NCBI RefSeq assembly: GCF_009914755.1
Contig: NC_060947.1
Reading direction: 5' to 3' (one strand)
Source: the human T2T-CHM13v2.0 reference genome, Homo sapiens
DNA length: 64,000 nt
Every line of letters starts with the position of its first letter. Position 1 is the first letter of the stretch. Positions 37,307 to 51,944 of the stretch are shown here, piece by piece. The notes below the pieces were generated by a model, which saw only the letters and a list, made by a program, of their open reading frames with translations, ran no database searches and was not told the origin of the DNA. Position numbers and translations under genes: made by a program.

Positions 37307-40300
37307 AAATAAAGCCATCACTTGTTGAATGCTGCCTTTGGCAAGCTGTGTAGACATAAGAGAAAGATGTCAGTCTGATGGATGAGAATATTAACTGGTA
37401 GATCTGCAGCCTTGATCTCTGTGAAACAAGTTCATATATGTAAGCAACTAGAACATTATTTCTGGTTTCAACTTAGAACCATCACACAGCTGACTGGACA
37501 CAGAACATTTGGGAATCAAAATCTCTGCCCATTTTCCAGCTATCTTAATGAGCAGTTACATTTGATCCCATTGAGCCTATAAATTGCTTCGATTTGGTCA
37601 TAGTCCTAAAAACTCAAACTAGATATATCTAAATGTTTAATTCACTCACAATTCAAATATATTGACATTGCCTTCTGTAATGAAAGGCCATGTTGTTTGA
37701 TAGTATAAACTTATGAAAGAAACTTACCTAATAGCAAGGCATGTTTGTGTAAATTCAGAAAAAGGAAAGTTAAGGGGTGACCGTGCTGTCATTTTACATG
37801 AAGATGTATCTTGTTCCCGGGTCAGGAGAGACCAATACCACGTTTGCTCCTTCAAATAGAAATGAGGCCTGTTTGGCAACTTGATGTGAGTGCTCTTCTT
37901 AACCTGGTTGTTGTGTTCTTGCTGTTTGTATCTCAGCAGCAGTGGGCAGCTGGAGCCTCCTGGGAGAGGATTTCTCCTTAGCAATCTCTGAAGTTATACT
38001 TGGGACACTTTAAAATAGGCATGAGGTTAACAAAGGAAAATAGCTATAATGTTCTGGTAACTAGCTGAAGCATATGTGTTTATGTCCACATGCAGCTTAT
38101 GTTGAGCAAAAGTCTCTTGCACATTTTTAAGGAATTTACAAATGGCTCAGCCAGGTTTGATTTGCAGAATATTCTGCTTGTTGTACACCACACTCTGAAT
38201 TCTATGGTGACTATTTTTTTCACTGTGATATTTCAGTTCTTAACCATGTGTCTAGCACATTAGACCTGTGGTAAGTATCAATAAAAGGGAAAGGGGAAGA
38301 GAGAAAGAATACCACTTTCATGTGTCTAGTCCTCTATATAGCCAACCCCTTTTCTGGGACCTATACATGTCCACGTCCCACCATGACCATTCCATTTCTC
38401 CCTTTGTTATTTCAGGCAGATGTAATAATTTCTGAGAAGTATCCATCTCCATTGCTGTTCAGGCCCTACAGTCCAGACTCTTCCCTCATTGCATATCCAT
38501 GGCTCTGTTGTATTCTGATTAGCACCTGCACAAAAATATGCAATGCAGAACGTAAACAGGGGTGACCATCCATGTGTGCAGAATCAGAAACTCCAGCTAC
38601 CTGCTGCAGCAAGGGAGTAGCTTCTTCTCTCTGTGCTCTGTTAGAAGGTGGAAGCAGAGGCTGAGATTAGGGAGATGAAGGATTTATAGAGCACCCTTCC
38701 TGTTCAATGGGAAGAAGCAACATAGAGGTTGAATGCCTCCTGAAAAAGCATTTCCTCATCATATTTAAAAAATATATATGTTACAGCGTTGTTTGTGATG
38801 TCATCCCATTGCAAATTGTCCTCTCTTTTCAACCCCAGTGGGTTTTATGAGCAGCAACCAGGGACACCTTTGTTGTTATTTTTGAAGAAAAAATGTAGGG
38901 AGTGGATTTTCAGTGCTCAGATGATGCATGGTTTGCATTCTTAATAGATATTAGAGCTTTTAACATTCAAATGCACTGAAGAATGGAGGCAAAGACCTTA
39001 TCAGAATAATATATGTCTTATGTGCTTTTAAACATGACAAGTTTTTTTTTTATCATGGGGAGAAGAAAAAAAAGATGTATTTCTTAAACAAGATAATAGG
39101 TGCCATGTGGTTCATTTCCTCCTTAGCTTCGCAAGTCTCCAGTAATGATGGACAGGTAGCTTGTCAAAAAAAGCCTAATCAGTTTAATGTAACCAAGGCA
39201 GTCTACCCTACAGGATGACCTCTGCTGCGTCCATGAAGAATATAAATTTCTTTGGGGTTGGGAGAAAATAAAAATACAAATAACCATAGCAAGGCTTAGA
39301 ATATCTTATGAGAGTCACCCTTTCGTGAAGCAATTGCTTTCTCTTGTACTGGAAATTGACATGAAATTTAGGGCTAAGTGCAAATGCCTGTGGTGTGCAG
39401 ATCTCTGCAAATATAAGCCTGACCGGAAGGACAAATTAGATATTTTTTAAGGTAGCAGCTGAAGCTGGTGGATCAGAGCAATGCACACAGACAGGTAGGG
39501 ACGGGTAAAACTTAAGAACCTACAGCTAAGACAGGGGTACGCTGTGTTTATTTTGACTGCAGCTGTTGACCACCATACACACATTCAGAAGTACTGCCAA
39601 CTCCTTAAAAAGTCTGGGAATGTGGCCAAAGACTATTCCTGTCTTGGCACAGATAGGTGATTGCTTGGGAAAATATCAGAAAAAGTCACCTCCAACATGT
39701 ACCCTGTTGGGGGCCTTGTGATATACAGGAGAGCTGGAGGGGGGGCCATGCTCCTGATGGGTGCTAACCGATGGATACTGTGCTGGTGCCAGGAAGCTCC
39801 TCCCAATCTGGGACTCACCTAATTTATATCCATCAGGAACAGAGTAGGACAAATGCCCTATAACGCAGAACTCCAAACCACACACTTTATTTTCCTTTCC
39901 TGTATAGCGTTTACCCATGAGGGCTTCTTTTGAGCCTGTCTTGAAAAAAAATAAAAATTCAAGATAAATGTATATTTATTTTTAAAAATATCTAAAATGC
40001 CATTCTAAGGCCTACTCTTAATATTTTGGAAGAAGGCTTTCTCTGTGCTAGTCCATGTAATAGACTCTTTTAAATCCTGATTATTCTTGAATTTTGAGAA
40101 CATCAGACACCAACTTTATGTGGCAGTGAAGTCTTTCCAAAATATATCTCTATATATCTACACACACACGTGTGTGTGCATGTGTGTATGTGTGTGTATA
40201 ATGGTAGCAATGTTAATATAGAAGGAAAAGAAGGAGAAAAACCACATGGTTATCTTGGTGTATATTTAAAAAGCATAAGATAAAATTCAACATACATCAT

Positions 40301-40586
40301 GATAGCAACTTTTTGTTAATTATAAATGTCAGAGGCTTGTTTTATTAATTGAAAATTGTTTGTTGATGTCTCTTATCAATTTATTGAGACATCATAAAAA
40401 ATAGAAGGAACCCACAGTTCTAAACTATTTCTACTAAATATATTCTAAAAGAACATGATAGCTTGTAAACCCAGTGTTGTAGGAAACAAGAAAGAATATG
40501 CATATGTGAGTCTAACAGACCTGGGAAAAATAGAATATATACAAAAGCGTTGAGACTTAACAATGTTCAATAAACACTCATTTACC

Positions 40587-40640
40587 TTATCTATCTCTAT
40601 TCCTATCTATCTATCTACCTACCTACCTACCTACCTATCT
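40587..40640. repeat. (TCTA)/(CCTA)n
   Basis: Direct reading. Confidence 0.85.
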
Positions 40641-40651
40641 AGCTACTTATA

Positions 40652-41365
40652 CTGTAATGAGCCACATAACCAGATTTTGGTCAATGATGGACCACATATT
40701 TGATAGTGGTCCCATAAGGTTATAATGAAGCTGAAAAATTCCATTTTCAATGTCCATTGCTTGGTGACATTGTGGCTGTCTTAGTGCTGTAGCACAGTGT
40801 ATTCTTCATGTGTTTGTAGTGATGCAAACAAACCTATTGCATGTAAACAAACTGAATGGTATAAACAAACCTACTGCATTGCCAGTCATGTAAAAGTATA
40901 GAACATATTATTATGTACAGGCCATAATATTTGATAATACTATGTTATTGGTTTTGTATTCATTATACTCTGCTTTTAATCTTTATTTGATAGAATATTC
41001 CATACACTTTTCTGAAAGTTAACTGTAAAACAGCCTCTGGCGGGTCCTTCAGGAAGTATCCAGAAGAAGGCATTATTATCATAGGGGATGGCAGTTCCAT
41101 GCGTGATTATTGCCCCAGAAGACCTTCCAGTGGAATAAGATGTGAAGTTGGAAGACAGTGATATTGGTGATCCCAGCCCCATGTAGAGCTAGCCTAAAGT
41201 GTGTGTTTGTGTCTTCATTTTTAATTAAAAAGTTTAAAAGTAGTATATATTACACTGTACCATCTGGGTTTGTGTAAGTACACTCTGTAATTTTCACACA
41301 AGGACAAAATTGCCTAGGGACATATTTCTCAGAATGTATCCCCGTCATTAAGTGATGCATGACTC
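40652..41365 (-). mobile_element. Tigger3-family (Tigger3b/MER7-like) DNA transposon, internally deleted
   Basis: Both termini present (..ttggtcaatgatggaccacatat..; ..tttctcagaatgtatccccgtcattaagtgatgcatgact) plus internal ccagaagaaggcattattatcatagg. Confidence 0.85.
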
Positions 41366-41436
41366 TTTGTGGCATTTCTGAAGATACAATATGTTGTTAA
41401 AACCAACCCTCAAAACAGAGGCAGTGTCATATTTTA

Positions 41437-41745
41437 TTTAATTTTTAATTTTTTAATTTTTAATTTTTGAGGGTGCATACTCAGTATATATATTTATGGG
41501 GTACGTGAGATGTTTTGATATAGGCATGCAATGTGTAATACTCACATCATGGAGAATGTAGTATCATCCCCTCAAGCATTTGTCCTTTGTGTGATGAACA
41601 ATCCAGTTATATTCTTTTACTTATTTTAAATGTACAGTTCAGTTATTATTGACTACAGTCAACCTGTTGTGCTATCAAATAGTAGGTCTTATTCATTTTT
41701 CTATTCTTTTGTACCCATTATCCATCCCCGCTTCCCCCTGACCCC
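41437..41745 (-). mobile_element. LINE-1 3' tip, L1MA2/3-like
   Basis: atatttatggggtacgtgagatgttttgatataggcatgcaatg...cccctcaagcattt; TSD gtcatatttta. Confidence 0.88.
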
Positions 41746-43001
41746 GCACAGTCATATTTTAATGTCAGCTGGAAGTTATCCTTGAATTCCACAACTATTT
41801 AAGGAGTATCTATTTGAACAAAGCTCATAGCAGAGGTTACCAAATATTACCCCCAATTATCAAAGAATTACAGTGCACACATTTCCTAAAGTTATGCATC
41901 CAGAAAGCAACCCAGATTTTGTCATTGTTTTTCCTTGTTTTGTTTTTTTTTTTTTACATAAATGTAGTTTCTTTTTTAATGAACAATTGAACAAACTAGA
42001 CTGAATTAAGGCAAGTATAAGTGTTACATAAAAGATGGTATCATTGTTTTGGAGGAAAATCCATGCCCTAATCAGTCTCAAACGTGAGTCAAATCACTAT
42101 GGTTTTCAATAAAGACAGAGTCAGGATTTTTTTCTCACTGAATATGTTTGTTTGTTTTGTGTTAGTGTTCTATTTCACCTGTGTTGAGCAGCATGCTGTA
42201 TTTTTCCCCACGTGGCATGATACTCCTGCTGTGTGTAAAGACATCCAAGAGAACAACATAACTCTAAGTGTTTCTGTCTCCAGAGGGGCAAAGGTTTCAG
42301 CTAAATTAATCTCTTAAAGGTTGCTTTGGGAAAGTGAGCATGCCTTTTTAATCTGCATGCCCTGAACTCTGAGTTAAGGACTTCCAAACAGCTTCTTTGT
42401 GACAGTCAAGAGGGAGTGTAGCTTTGATTCCTCACTGGAGTAGAGAGCGAAGGGAGAGACCCGAGGAGGCTTGTTACAAGCTGCTGTGAGGTGAGGGTCA
42501 GCTGGGTCTCCCTAACAAGGTGACTGCCACGTTTCCAACAGGGGTCCATCAATGCCAAAGTCCAATCAGAGCTGCTCAGCCTTTTAGGAATGCCTTTTAG
42601 ATTTTTTATTTTAAAAAGAACTTTTGTATTAAAGGGACTTGACATTCCCCAGGTAGCTTATAATTCAAGACAGTTTGATCCGTGAGATCATTGTGCGTTC
42701 TTTAATGGAGTTCAGTGAAGCATAACCTGGGAGAAAAGATGATAAAAATCACAGCTGGCTTTACTCAAATTCAGGGCTGGCATGACTACTTTCAGGAGAG
42801 TGCAAAAAAAATTTTTTTAATTTAATTTTGAAAATTGGCCTGGTGAGATGTTTATTTCATTGAATAAGTTGTGTTCCAGAAAGTACCATGAAGGGATCAA
42901 ATATTAACTTACTGCAATACAGTAATTATCTCCTATTAACAGAAAGCATTCTGAGGAAATGTGCAACAGTTTGTTCTCTGTATATGCCCCTCCTTCTGCA
43001 C

Positions 43002-43222
43002 CTGGGCTCGGGAAACGATGGCCTGTGGGCCACATCTAGCATGCCGCCTGTTTATGTGAATAAAGCTTTATTGGAACCCAGCCATGGCCATTCATAGACA
43101 AGCTGTCTAGAACCTCTTTTGGATCACAACCGCAGAGTTAAGTAATAGTGAGAGAGACTCTGGTCCACAAAGCCTGAAGCATTTATTACCGAGTTCTTTA
43201 TAGAAAAGTTTGCTGACATCTG
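43002..43222 (+). mobile_element. MER58A (hAT-Charlie)
   Basis: gcctgtttatgtgaataaagctttattggaacccagcca...tttatagaaaagtttgctgacatctg. Confidence 0.85.
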
Positions 43223-43321
43223 AAGGACCTTCATACTAGCCAGGATCCCGATTGAGTTGTCTCTTCTGTTGAGTTCCTTCTTGGCAGAATCCCGCCTGGT
43301 ATCTCTTTCCCAAAATACCTT

Positions 43322-43456
43322 TTATTAGCCTCATGTGGCTATGGAGTCCTTGAAATGTGGCTAACATTACTAAAGAATGGAGTTTTAAAATTCTATTTAG
43401 TTTTAAATAATTTAAATGTAAATAGGTACATGTGGTTAGTGGCAACCATATTGAGT
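43322..43456. mobile_element. MER3-like fragment
   Basis: catgtggctatggagtccttgaaatgtggcta...aaataggtacatgtggttagtggcaaccatattg. Confidence 0.7.
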
Positions 43457-43539
43457 TAATGAAATTGTGCTTTGGTTGCACCACAAACCAAGGAACAAAG
43501 AAGTCTGGCAGTCTCTGATCACATCGTGATTATTTGTTT

Positions 43540-44800
43540 TCTAAATGTTTTATTGTGAAATAAAATACACACACACTACACAATGTACAGAAACACAATT
43601 ATACCATTTTTATTCAATGTGTATCAGATTATTTAAGATTTCTATTTTTTGAATTTGTCTTAATGTTTTTAAAGAAATGTGTATAATTTAAATTTTGAAA
43701 TTTTTGACGTAATGTAGTCACGTTCCCCAGTTTATTTCTAGTGTCAATTATGTGAGCTCTGTTTTTTCTTTATTGCTGAATCCCCTTTTCTGATGCTTAT
43801 CAATTTTATCTCTCTTTGAAAATAATCAGTGTTTAGTTCTCTTCTGCTCTATTTTATTTCTTTGTTCTCTCTTTGAGTCATTTCCTTGAGTTTATTCTAT
43901 TTCTTTAACTGGTTGGTTTGAATTCATAGCACAAAAATCTTTAATGATTTTTCCCTAATATATGCATTTTAGACTGAAATTTCTGCTTCTTTTTCTTTGA
44001 TATTATCAGCTTAACTAGCATGTAATGTGGCTTTCTTTTAATTATCCAGCTTGAAATAGGTTGATCTCTCTGATTCTATCAATTTATCAGTTTCATAAAC
44101 CTGGAAAATTCTCAACCATTTTATCTTTGAATATTGTGTGTTGTGCATTCTCTTTTTAAAAATCTCCTTATATTTCATTCAAATATATTTTGCACTTTCT
44201 CATTCAATAGATTAAATATCAAACGTTTCTCTAATTTTTCTACATTTTTGTTGCTCTATAGTTATTCAGTGTTATTTCTACATATCTATATTATAAACCA
44301 CTAATATCCTCTAAGGCTATCTTAATCTACCTTTAAACATTCCATTGATTTTTACATATCAATTATCTTTTTTTTTCCATTTTAAAAGTTCATGCTGGTA
44401 CTCTTTCGAAAATTTGCCTGGTCATTTTTTTGGTATATTGCTTCTTACTCATGTCTCAAATTCCCTCTATCGTTGTTTAGACATTTAATAATACTTATTT
44501 TATATTCTGTATCTGATGATTCTAGTGCATGATAGCTTTGTTCATTTCTAATGACTATCACACATGGCAGGTAGAAGTCGTGCGTTTTGTAACTTTTTCA
44601 TGGTATTTTGTTTTCCATTTGGATCTATCTCTCTGGAATTACTAGGAGGCTTGGATTGGGCCAATTTCCCCCAGGGACAGTTATGTTTGCTGCAGATACC
44701 TTGGAACATTTCAGAGTTGACACCCCTTTCAACACAATTTCTTCTTGATGCTTCTGTGGCCATTCGGAGAGTTTTCTGGCCACTCCCCCTTGGGGCCTGC
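43540..44800 (-). mobile_element. Ancient L1 (L1ME/HAL1-like) relic
   Basis: Long T-rich stretch with ctggaaaattctcaaccattttatctttgaatatt and ttttatattctgtatctgatgattctag. Confidence 0.45.
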
Positions 44801-44919
44801 TTGTCAGTTGCTTTCCAGGCAAAGCATGATGTTTATTTGTTCAAAATCCTGTGTGATTGCTGTGTCCCAGACTCAGGCACTGTGGGCACACAGACTCCAG
44901 GGAAAGCAGCTTGGGGCCA

Positions 44920-45115
44920 GAGCTGGAGTTTCTTCTGCTCATTGTCACTCCTGTCACTTAGTGGCAGAGTAACTTGGGGTAACCCTTGGAGTCTCATTTC
45001 CCTCTTCTGTAAAAATAAAGAAATGATTCCTACGTTATCATAATGTGGCGATATCAAAATAGAATAATTTGCAAAAATGCTTTCGTGGTGTTATAATAAG
45101 TACGCAAGACATGAT
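44920..45115 (+). mobile_element. MIR
   Basis: ctgtcacttagtggcagagtaacttgggg...gtctcatttccctcttctgtaaaaat. Confidence 0.6.
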
Positions 45116-45699
45116 AATGTCTCCCAGTGTTTATGTGAATATTGGCATGATTTTTATGTCAGTGATTATGACTGTTATCATTAAAAGACATGGCAGTTGT
45201 CTGTGGAGATGACAGAATGGGGAAGAATATATTAAAAAGAAAATAAAATTCAATAGCATATTAGATGAAGCTTTTGTACTATGTACTGGGGTAGACAGCA
45301 AAGGGATTAATTTATGACATTGGAACCCATTAAACATCTTCTTTCCTCCCAGCAGAAACATTTTGTTATCACCCAACTTTGACATGTGTTAATCCATAAC
45401 TTGCTCATCCTCAGTAACTAAATAATTTAGTAAACTAGGTTGATCAAGCTATTTAACCTTGTGTTTCAAAGAGATATTAAAAAGTTAATGACATAGAAGA
45501 GGAAAGACAAAACGGTTTATTAACAGAATAATTAAGCATGCTAAAATTCTTATGTAAAAATGCATGAGAAAATACCCAAATTTGTCTTTTGCGTGTACCA
45601 AATAATATAGCATCAAAAACTGATTAAAAAATCAAGAGTAAACAAATGACATAAATAGTTTGAACACACATGTGTAAAAACAATCAGATCACCCCACCT

Positions 45700-45753
45700 C
45701 TCTCGCATGCTCTCTCTGTCTCTCTCTCACACACACACACATACACACACACA
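45700..45753. repeat. (CT)n(CA)n
   Basis: Direct reading. Confidence 0.8.
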
Positions 45754-45934
45754 GTCTTACACTGTCTTTGATATAACATGAACTCAAAGAGACATATGCA
45801 CCAAAGTTCAATGTTTATTTTTTTCACTTTTTTTGTGAAGGGGAAAAAAATAAACAGAAAAAAACCTCAAATTCCTATTAATGGATAAGTGGTAAACTTG
45901 ACGTGTGTTCATTGTTACAATATAGCAGTCGAAA

Positions 45935-46730
45935 GCATATGAAAAAAAGCTCAACATTACTAATCATTAGAGAAATACAAATCAAAACCACAATGAGATA
46001 CCATCTCACACTAGTCAGAATGGCTATTGTTAAAAAGTAAAAAAATAGCAGATGCTGGCAAGATTGTGGAGAAAAAGGAACACGTATACACTTCTGATGG
46101 GAGTGTAAATTATTTAATTCAACCATTGTGAAAAGCAGTGTGGTAATTCCTCAAAACCCAAAAACAGAATACCATTTGACCCAGCAATCTCATTAACTGG
46201 GTATATACCCAAAGGAATATAAATTGTTCTCTTATAAACACACATGCACACATATGTTCATTGCAGCACTATGCACAACAGCAAAGACATGGAATCAACT
46301 TAAATGCCCATCAGTGGAAGATTGAATTAAAAAAATGTGGCATACATACACCATGGGATACTATGCAGCCATAAAAAAGAATGAGATCATGTTCTTTGCA
46401 GGGACGTGAATGGAGCTAGAGGCCATTATCCTTAGCAAACTAACAGAGGAGCAGAAAGCCAAGTACCACATGTTCTCACTTATAAGTGGGAGCTGAATGA
46501 TGAGAACACATGGACACATAAAGGGGAACAACACACACACTAGGACCTTTCAGAGGGTGGAGGGTGGGAGGAGGGAGAGTATCAGGAAAAATAACTAATA
46601 GACACCAGGCTTAATACCTGGGTGATGAAATAATCTATACAACAAATCCTCATGACACACGTTTACCTATGTAACAGACCTGCACATGTACCCCTGAACT
46701 TAAAATTAAACTAAAAAACAAACAAAAAAC
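45935..46730 (+). mobile_element. LINE-1 3' end (ORF2 tail + 3'UTR), L1PA15/16-like
   Basis: caaaaccacaatgagataccatctcac...ttctcacttataagtgggagctg...cctgcacatgtacccctgaacttaaa; degenerate TSD a(a/g)tata(g/a)cagt(c/t)gaaa. Confidence 0.93.
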
Positions 46731-47165
46731 CAGTATAACAGTTGAAATGAGGAAAGACCTGAAGAGCATCACGTAGAGGGATAAAATGCAAGTTGCAAGA
46801 CAGTATCTGCTGTCTACCGGTTATGAGGTATATTCAAAACTGCAGAGAGCATTATAGTGTTCCTGGCAATTATTATTTAAGAAAACATTACTTCAAAGAA
46901 GTGATTGGTTATATATTACACGTTTGATAGTAGTCACAACTGGAGAAAGAGAAGTAGTAATGAGACATGAGATGTTATCACAAATGACTTCATCTTTACA
47001 TGTTTAATGGTGTTTTAAAATATCCAAAACAAACGTGACTGTGCTGTTGTTATTTTGGGGTAACATGTACATGAACTTTTGTCTTAATGTGTTTTATACT
47101 TTTATGTTTTCTTTTATTTAAAAATCATAAAGCAGATGAACAATAAATTTAGAATAGACTCCTAG

Positions 47166-47342
47166 AGCTAGGTGCAGTGGCTACCAGTGCATCTGTAGTA
47201 CCAGCTACTTGGGAGGCTGAGGTGGGAGAACTTGGTGAGCCCAGGAGGTCAAGGCTGCAGTCAGCTATAATCACACGACTGTACTCCAGCTTGGGTGACA
47301 GAACGAGATCCTGTCTCAAAAATAAATTAAATAAAATAAAAG
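47166..47342 (+). mobile_element. FRAM / Alu right monomer
   Basis: Single right-arm monomer with A-rich tail. Confidence 0.8.
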
Positions 47343-47426
47343 GTAGAATTAACTTAGATTTCAATTAATGCATTTCTGTTTATTTTTTTGCCTTATTTTG
47401 TAAATGTCTATAAATACAAAAATGAG

Positions 47427-47552
47427 AGCTGGGTGTTGTGGCTAATACCTGTAATCCCAGCAACTCAGGAGGCTGAGGCGGGAGGATTGCTTGAGGCCAT
47501 GAGTTCAAGACCAGGCTGGGCAATATAGCAGGACCCCCATCTCTAAAAAAAA
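47427..47552 (+). mobile_element. FLAM / Alu left monomer
   Basis: Single left-arm monomer ending ccccatctctaaaaaaaa. Confidence 0.8.
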
Positions 47553-47657
47553 GGAAATTAGAAAAAAATAAATAACCTCCAGAAGATAATGTTATTTAGA
47601 GGAACAGCCCCATTGTTCTATGAGAGAAAATCGTTTCAATTTGTTTAGACAATTTGG

Positions 47658-47702
47658 CTTTCTTTCTCTTTCTTTCTTTCTCTCTGTCTGTCTTTCTTTC
47701 TC

Positions 47703-47734
<32 letters not shown>

Positions 47735-48045
47735 CCTCCTTTTCTTTTCTTTCTTTTCTTTTCTTCACAGGGCCTTGCTCTGTTGCCCAGGCTGAAGTGC
47801 AGTGTTGCCAATCACAGCTCACTGCAACCTCCACCTCCCCAGCTGAAGCAATCCTCCTACCTCAGCCTCTCAAATAGCTGAGACTGTAGGCATGCACCAC
47901 CATGCTTGGCTAATTTTTGTATTTTTTGGAGAGATGGGTTTCACCATGTTGCCCAGGCTGGCCTTGAACTCATGGACTCAAGTGAGCTGCCTGCTGTGGC
48001 CTCCCAAAGTGCTGGGATTACAGGCGCAAGTTACTGCGCCCAGCC
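47658..48045 (-). mobile_element. AluJ with (CT/CTGT)-expanded tail
   Basis: Antisense Alu body 47765-48045; pyrimidine tail 47658-47765. Confidence 0.9.
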
Positions 48046-48051
48046 TAGACT

Positions 48052-48465
<414 letters not shown>

Positions 48466-48920
48466 TAGACTTTATTTTTAATAATCTAGAGAGAATATAT
48501 ATCTTCTCATTCCCATACCATGTAAATATAATCAAAGCACAACTAATTGAATTGTACAGGTGACTTTTTTTGCTGTAAAGGAATTGAACCATCAGAAATT
48601 TTCCGGCATATAGATTAGCAGCATGGGACCCTGAGTGTGGTTCCAGACTAGCAGGCTCTAGCAGCATTCGCAGAGTCGCAGGCATCTGCTCAATGCGCTT
48701 TGTTCCTATGGCCTGCCGTGATGTGCATGCAGTCAGAAAGGAATGGGCACCTGGGAATACAATTCTCCATCCCTCTTTACAACGAATAATCACTCAGAAT
48801 TTTCACCAAAAAGTAGGCAGTGTTATTCTAATATAAAATATCTCTTCAGAGCAATAGGACTTGAATATTAAGAAAGGAGTAGAACTTTAACAACATTAGT
48901 ATCATGAAAAACTTAAACTG

Positions 48921-49242
48921 GGCCAGGCACTATGGCTCACGCCTATAATCCCAGGACTTTGGTAGGCCAAGGTGGGTGGATCACTTTAGCTCATCAGTTT
49001 GAGGCCAGCCTGGGCAACATGATGAAACCTTGTCTCTGCAAAAAATACAAAAATTAGCCAGACATGGTGGTGCATGCCTGTAATTGCAGCTAGTTGAGAG
49101 GCTGAAGTGGGAAGATTGCTTGACCCCAGGAGGAGGAGGTTCCAGTAAGCTGAGATTGCACCATTGCACTCCGGCCTGGGCAACAGAGCCAGACCTTGTC
49201 TCCAAAAAAAAAAAAAAAAAGAAAGAAAGAAAGAAAGAAAAA
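48921..49242 (+). mobile_element. AluJb-like
   Basis: Sense full Alu; TSD gaaaaacttaaactg / gaaaaatttcaactg. Confidence 0.93.
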
Positions 49243-49969
49243 GAAAAATTTCAACTGAAAAAAAAGTTTAAATTAGCTTTGTTTTGAGATATTGCAAATT
49301 GTCATATGATGATGATATTGTGTCCAGGATAATCCCTTGATTTTCTTAGTTCTCTTTTTATTAGGAAGAATGATCACCAGCAACATATAATGTACAAAAT
49401 AAAGTACACTCCTTTAGTCATTTACACATTTATTTCATTGCAGTTGACATTTAATGCATAAGGCTATTTCATTCCTTGGGGTCTTGCTCCTGAACCTCCA
49501 TCTGCCTAGAGCGATTTAACCACATGTTGTCTATTTACTCAAGAGTCATCTCCTCTCTGCTGAGTTCAGGTGCCCTACTCCACCCCCAGTTACAATGGAC
49601 CACTGAGTCCTACCATTGACTATGAGAAAGGAAACTTCATACTTAGTCACACGCATCTGCTGGAATATGCGCTTGTGTGCAGGCCTGTGTGTACCTGTGC
49701 AGCCATTATCTGCTTGGGGACAGGAGTCATGTTGTATTGCTTATTCTATCCACAGCACTTAGGACAGTGACAAACCCATGACAGATAATCAGTGTGAAAT
49801 TCTAACATGCTGGAACAACACAATTAGTGTCATATACAAAACTTGACAGTGGAAATGGGCAACATCAACCAGGAAAAGTTCAACTTGTTGACTCAAGACA
49901 TAAAAGCATGACTGAATTTAGGTACAGGAGATACAAAAGGTTAGTAAAAAGGATGTGCTTGATATTTGA

Positions 49970-50560
49970 AAAGGTTATTATTATGGTGAAAATATTTAAA
50001 GACATACAAAAGTAAGAAAATAGTGTAATAAACTTTCTATCGCCAGGCTTCAAAACAGAAAGTTACTAATGGCCAATTTTATTTCATCTATACCTTTCCT
50101 CCTGCTACAGTTTAAATGATTGTGTTCCTTCCAAAATTCATTCTGTAACCTAATCTCAATGGGATGGTATTAGGGGGCGGAGCTTTGGGGAGGTGATGAG
50201 CTCATGAGGGTAGAACCCTCCTGGATAGGATTAGTGCCCTTACAAAAGGGACACCAGAGAGCTCCCTTGCCTCTTCCACCACATGAGGACACAGAGAGAA
50301 GGTTCTGCCTATGAAGCAGTAAGCAGATCCTCACCAGCCACTGAATCTGCCATGCCTTGATTTTGGACTTCCAGCCTCCGGAATTATGAGCAATAATTGT
50401 CTGTTGTTCATAAGCCACCCAGGTGATGGTATTTTTGTTACAACACACCAAGCAGACTGACTCCTTTTCCCCCTTTGGATTATTTTGATACCAGCTGTGG
50501 AGCTCACCTTATGTTTTCTGTAAATATTTCAGTATTTATCTCTAGAATGTAGGAATGCTT
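49970..50560 (-). mobile_element. L1MC-like 3' tip split by MLT1A
   Basis: aaatatttaaagacatacaaaagtaag...atggccaattttatttcatctatacc / ggattattttga...ctgtaaatatttcagtatttatctcta. Confidence 0.55.
50103..50462 (+). mobile_element. MLT1A/A0 solo LTR
   Basis: tgctacagtttaaatg...ccaaaattcat...ggattagtgcccttacaaaag...ttggacttccagcctcc...ataagccacccag. Confidence 0.85.
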
Positions 50561-50754
50561 TGTTAAGAGTCATGTGAATGTGTGACTTTGGAGAGCACAC
50601 TAGGGCTTTTGAGCCTTTATTTGAGAAGGGCACAGCATAACATGGTCAACAGACAGCAAAGATGGCTCTTGAAAAGTATACCTTGAGTGGAAAGGTTGAT
50701 CAGAGGAAAGCAGTATATTTGCATTAATTAGCAGAACACGAAGTGCATTGCTTA

Positions 50755-51140
<386 letters not shown>

Positions 51141-51319
51141 TCATCATTTCTGCCTCACTTCAAGAAACAGATATTTAGTAGATGCTTAGTAAAAATACTT
51201 CTAGATGACACACTCACTTAACTTTTGGGAACATATAACTGCGAAGTATTTTGAGTTTCTTTCAATTCCCATCATGGTGCATTGAGTTTATCACATCAAT
51301 GTATGATTTAGCTCGAAAG

Positions 51320-51642
51320 GTTTTATATTTATATATTCAGATCTCTCTATATGTCTGTAGACATTTATATATATATCTATATATTTCATATATGTATTTC
51401 AGGAATTTATAGACCACACATTCATATATAGATACAGATATATATATGTGTGTGTGTGTATATACACATATATATTTATACGTATATACGTATATACATA
51501 TACACACATATATACGTATATATGTAAACGTATATATACACGTAAATAAATATATTTATATATACGTATATACGTATACACATATATACGTATATATGTA
51601 TATATACGTATATATGTATGTATATATGTATGTATATATACG

Positions 51643-51690
<48 letters not shown>
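51320..51690. repeat. (TA)/(TACG)/(TG) tract ending in (CA)~22
   Basis: Direct reading. Confidence 0.95.
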
Positions 51691-51693
<3 letters not shown>

Positions 51694-51944
51694 ATACACA
51701 AAGAGATACAAAGAGTCTAGGGACATTTATTCCAGGAACACTCATGGAAAAGGAAAAATACCAGCCTTGTCAGATATTAGTATTAAAAAAAGGAAAACAT
51801 GTTAATATGGAATTTTGTTATGGGAATTTTTAAAACACAGTCAAATATTTTCTGTCACTATCTCTGTACAAATACCCACCAAAAAAGAAAGCAATGAAAG
51901 CAAAGTCCAGCTTATATGCAAAATATGGTAAAAATCCTCTATAC

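Noticed and set aside
42336-42362. p53 response element (GAGCATGCCT...CTGCATGCCC)
   Set aside because: Second half-site is imperfect and the spacer is 7 bp; expected by chance
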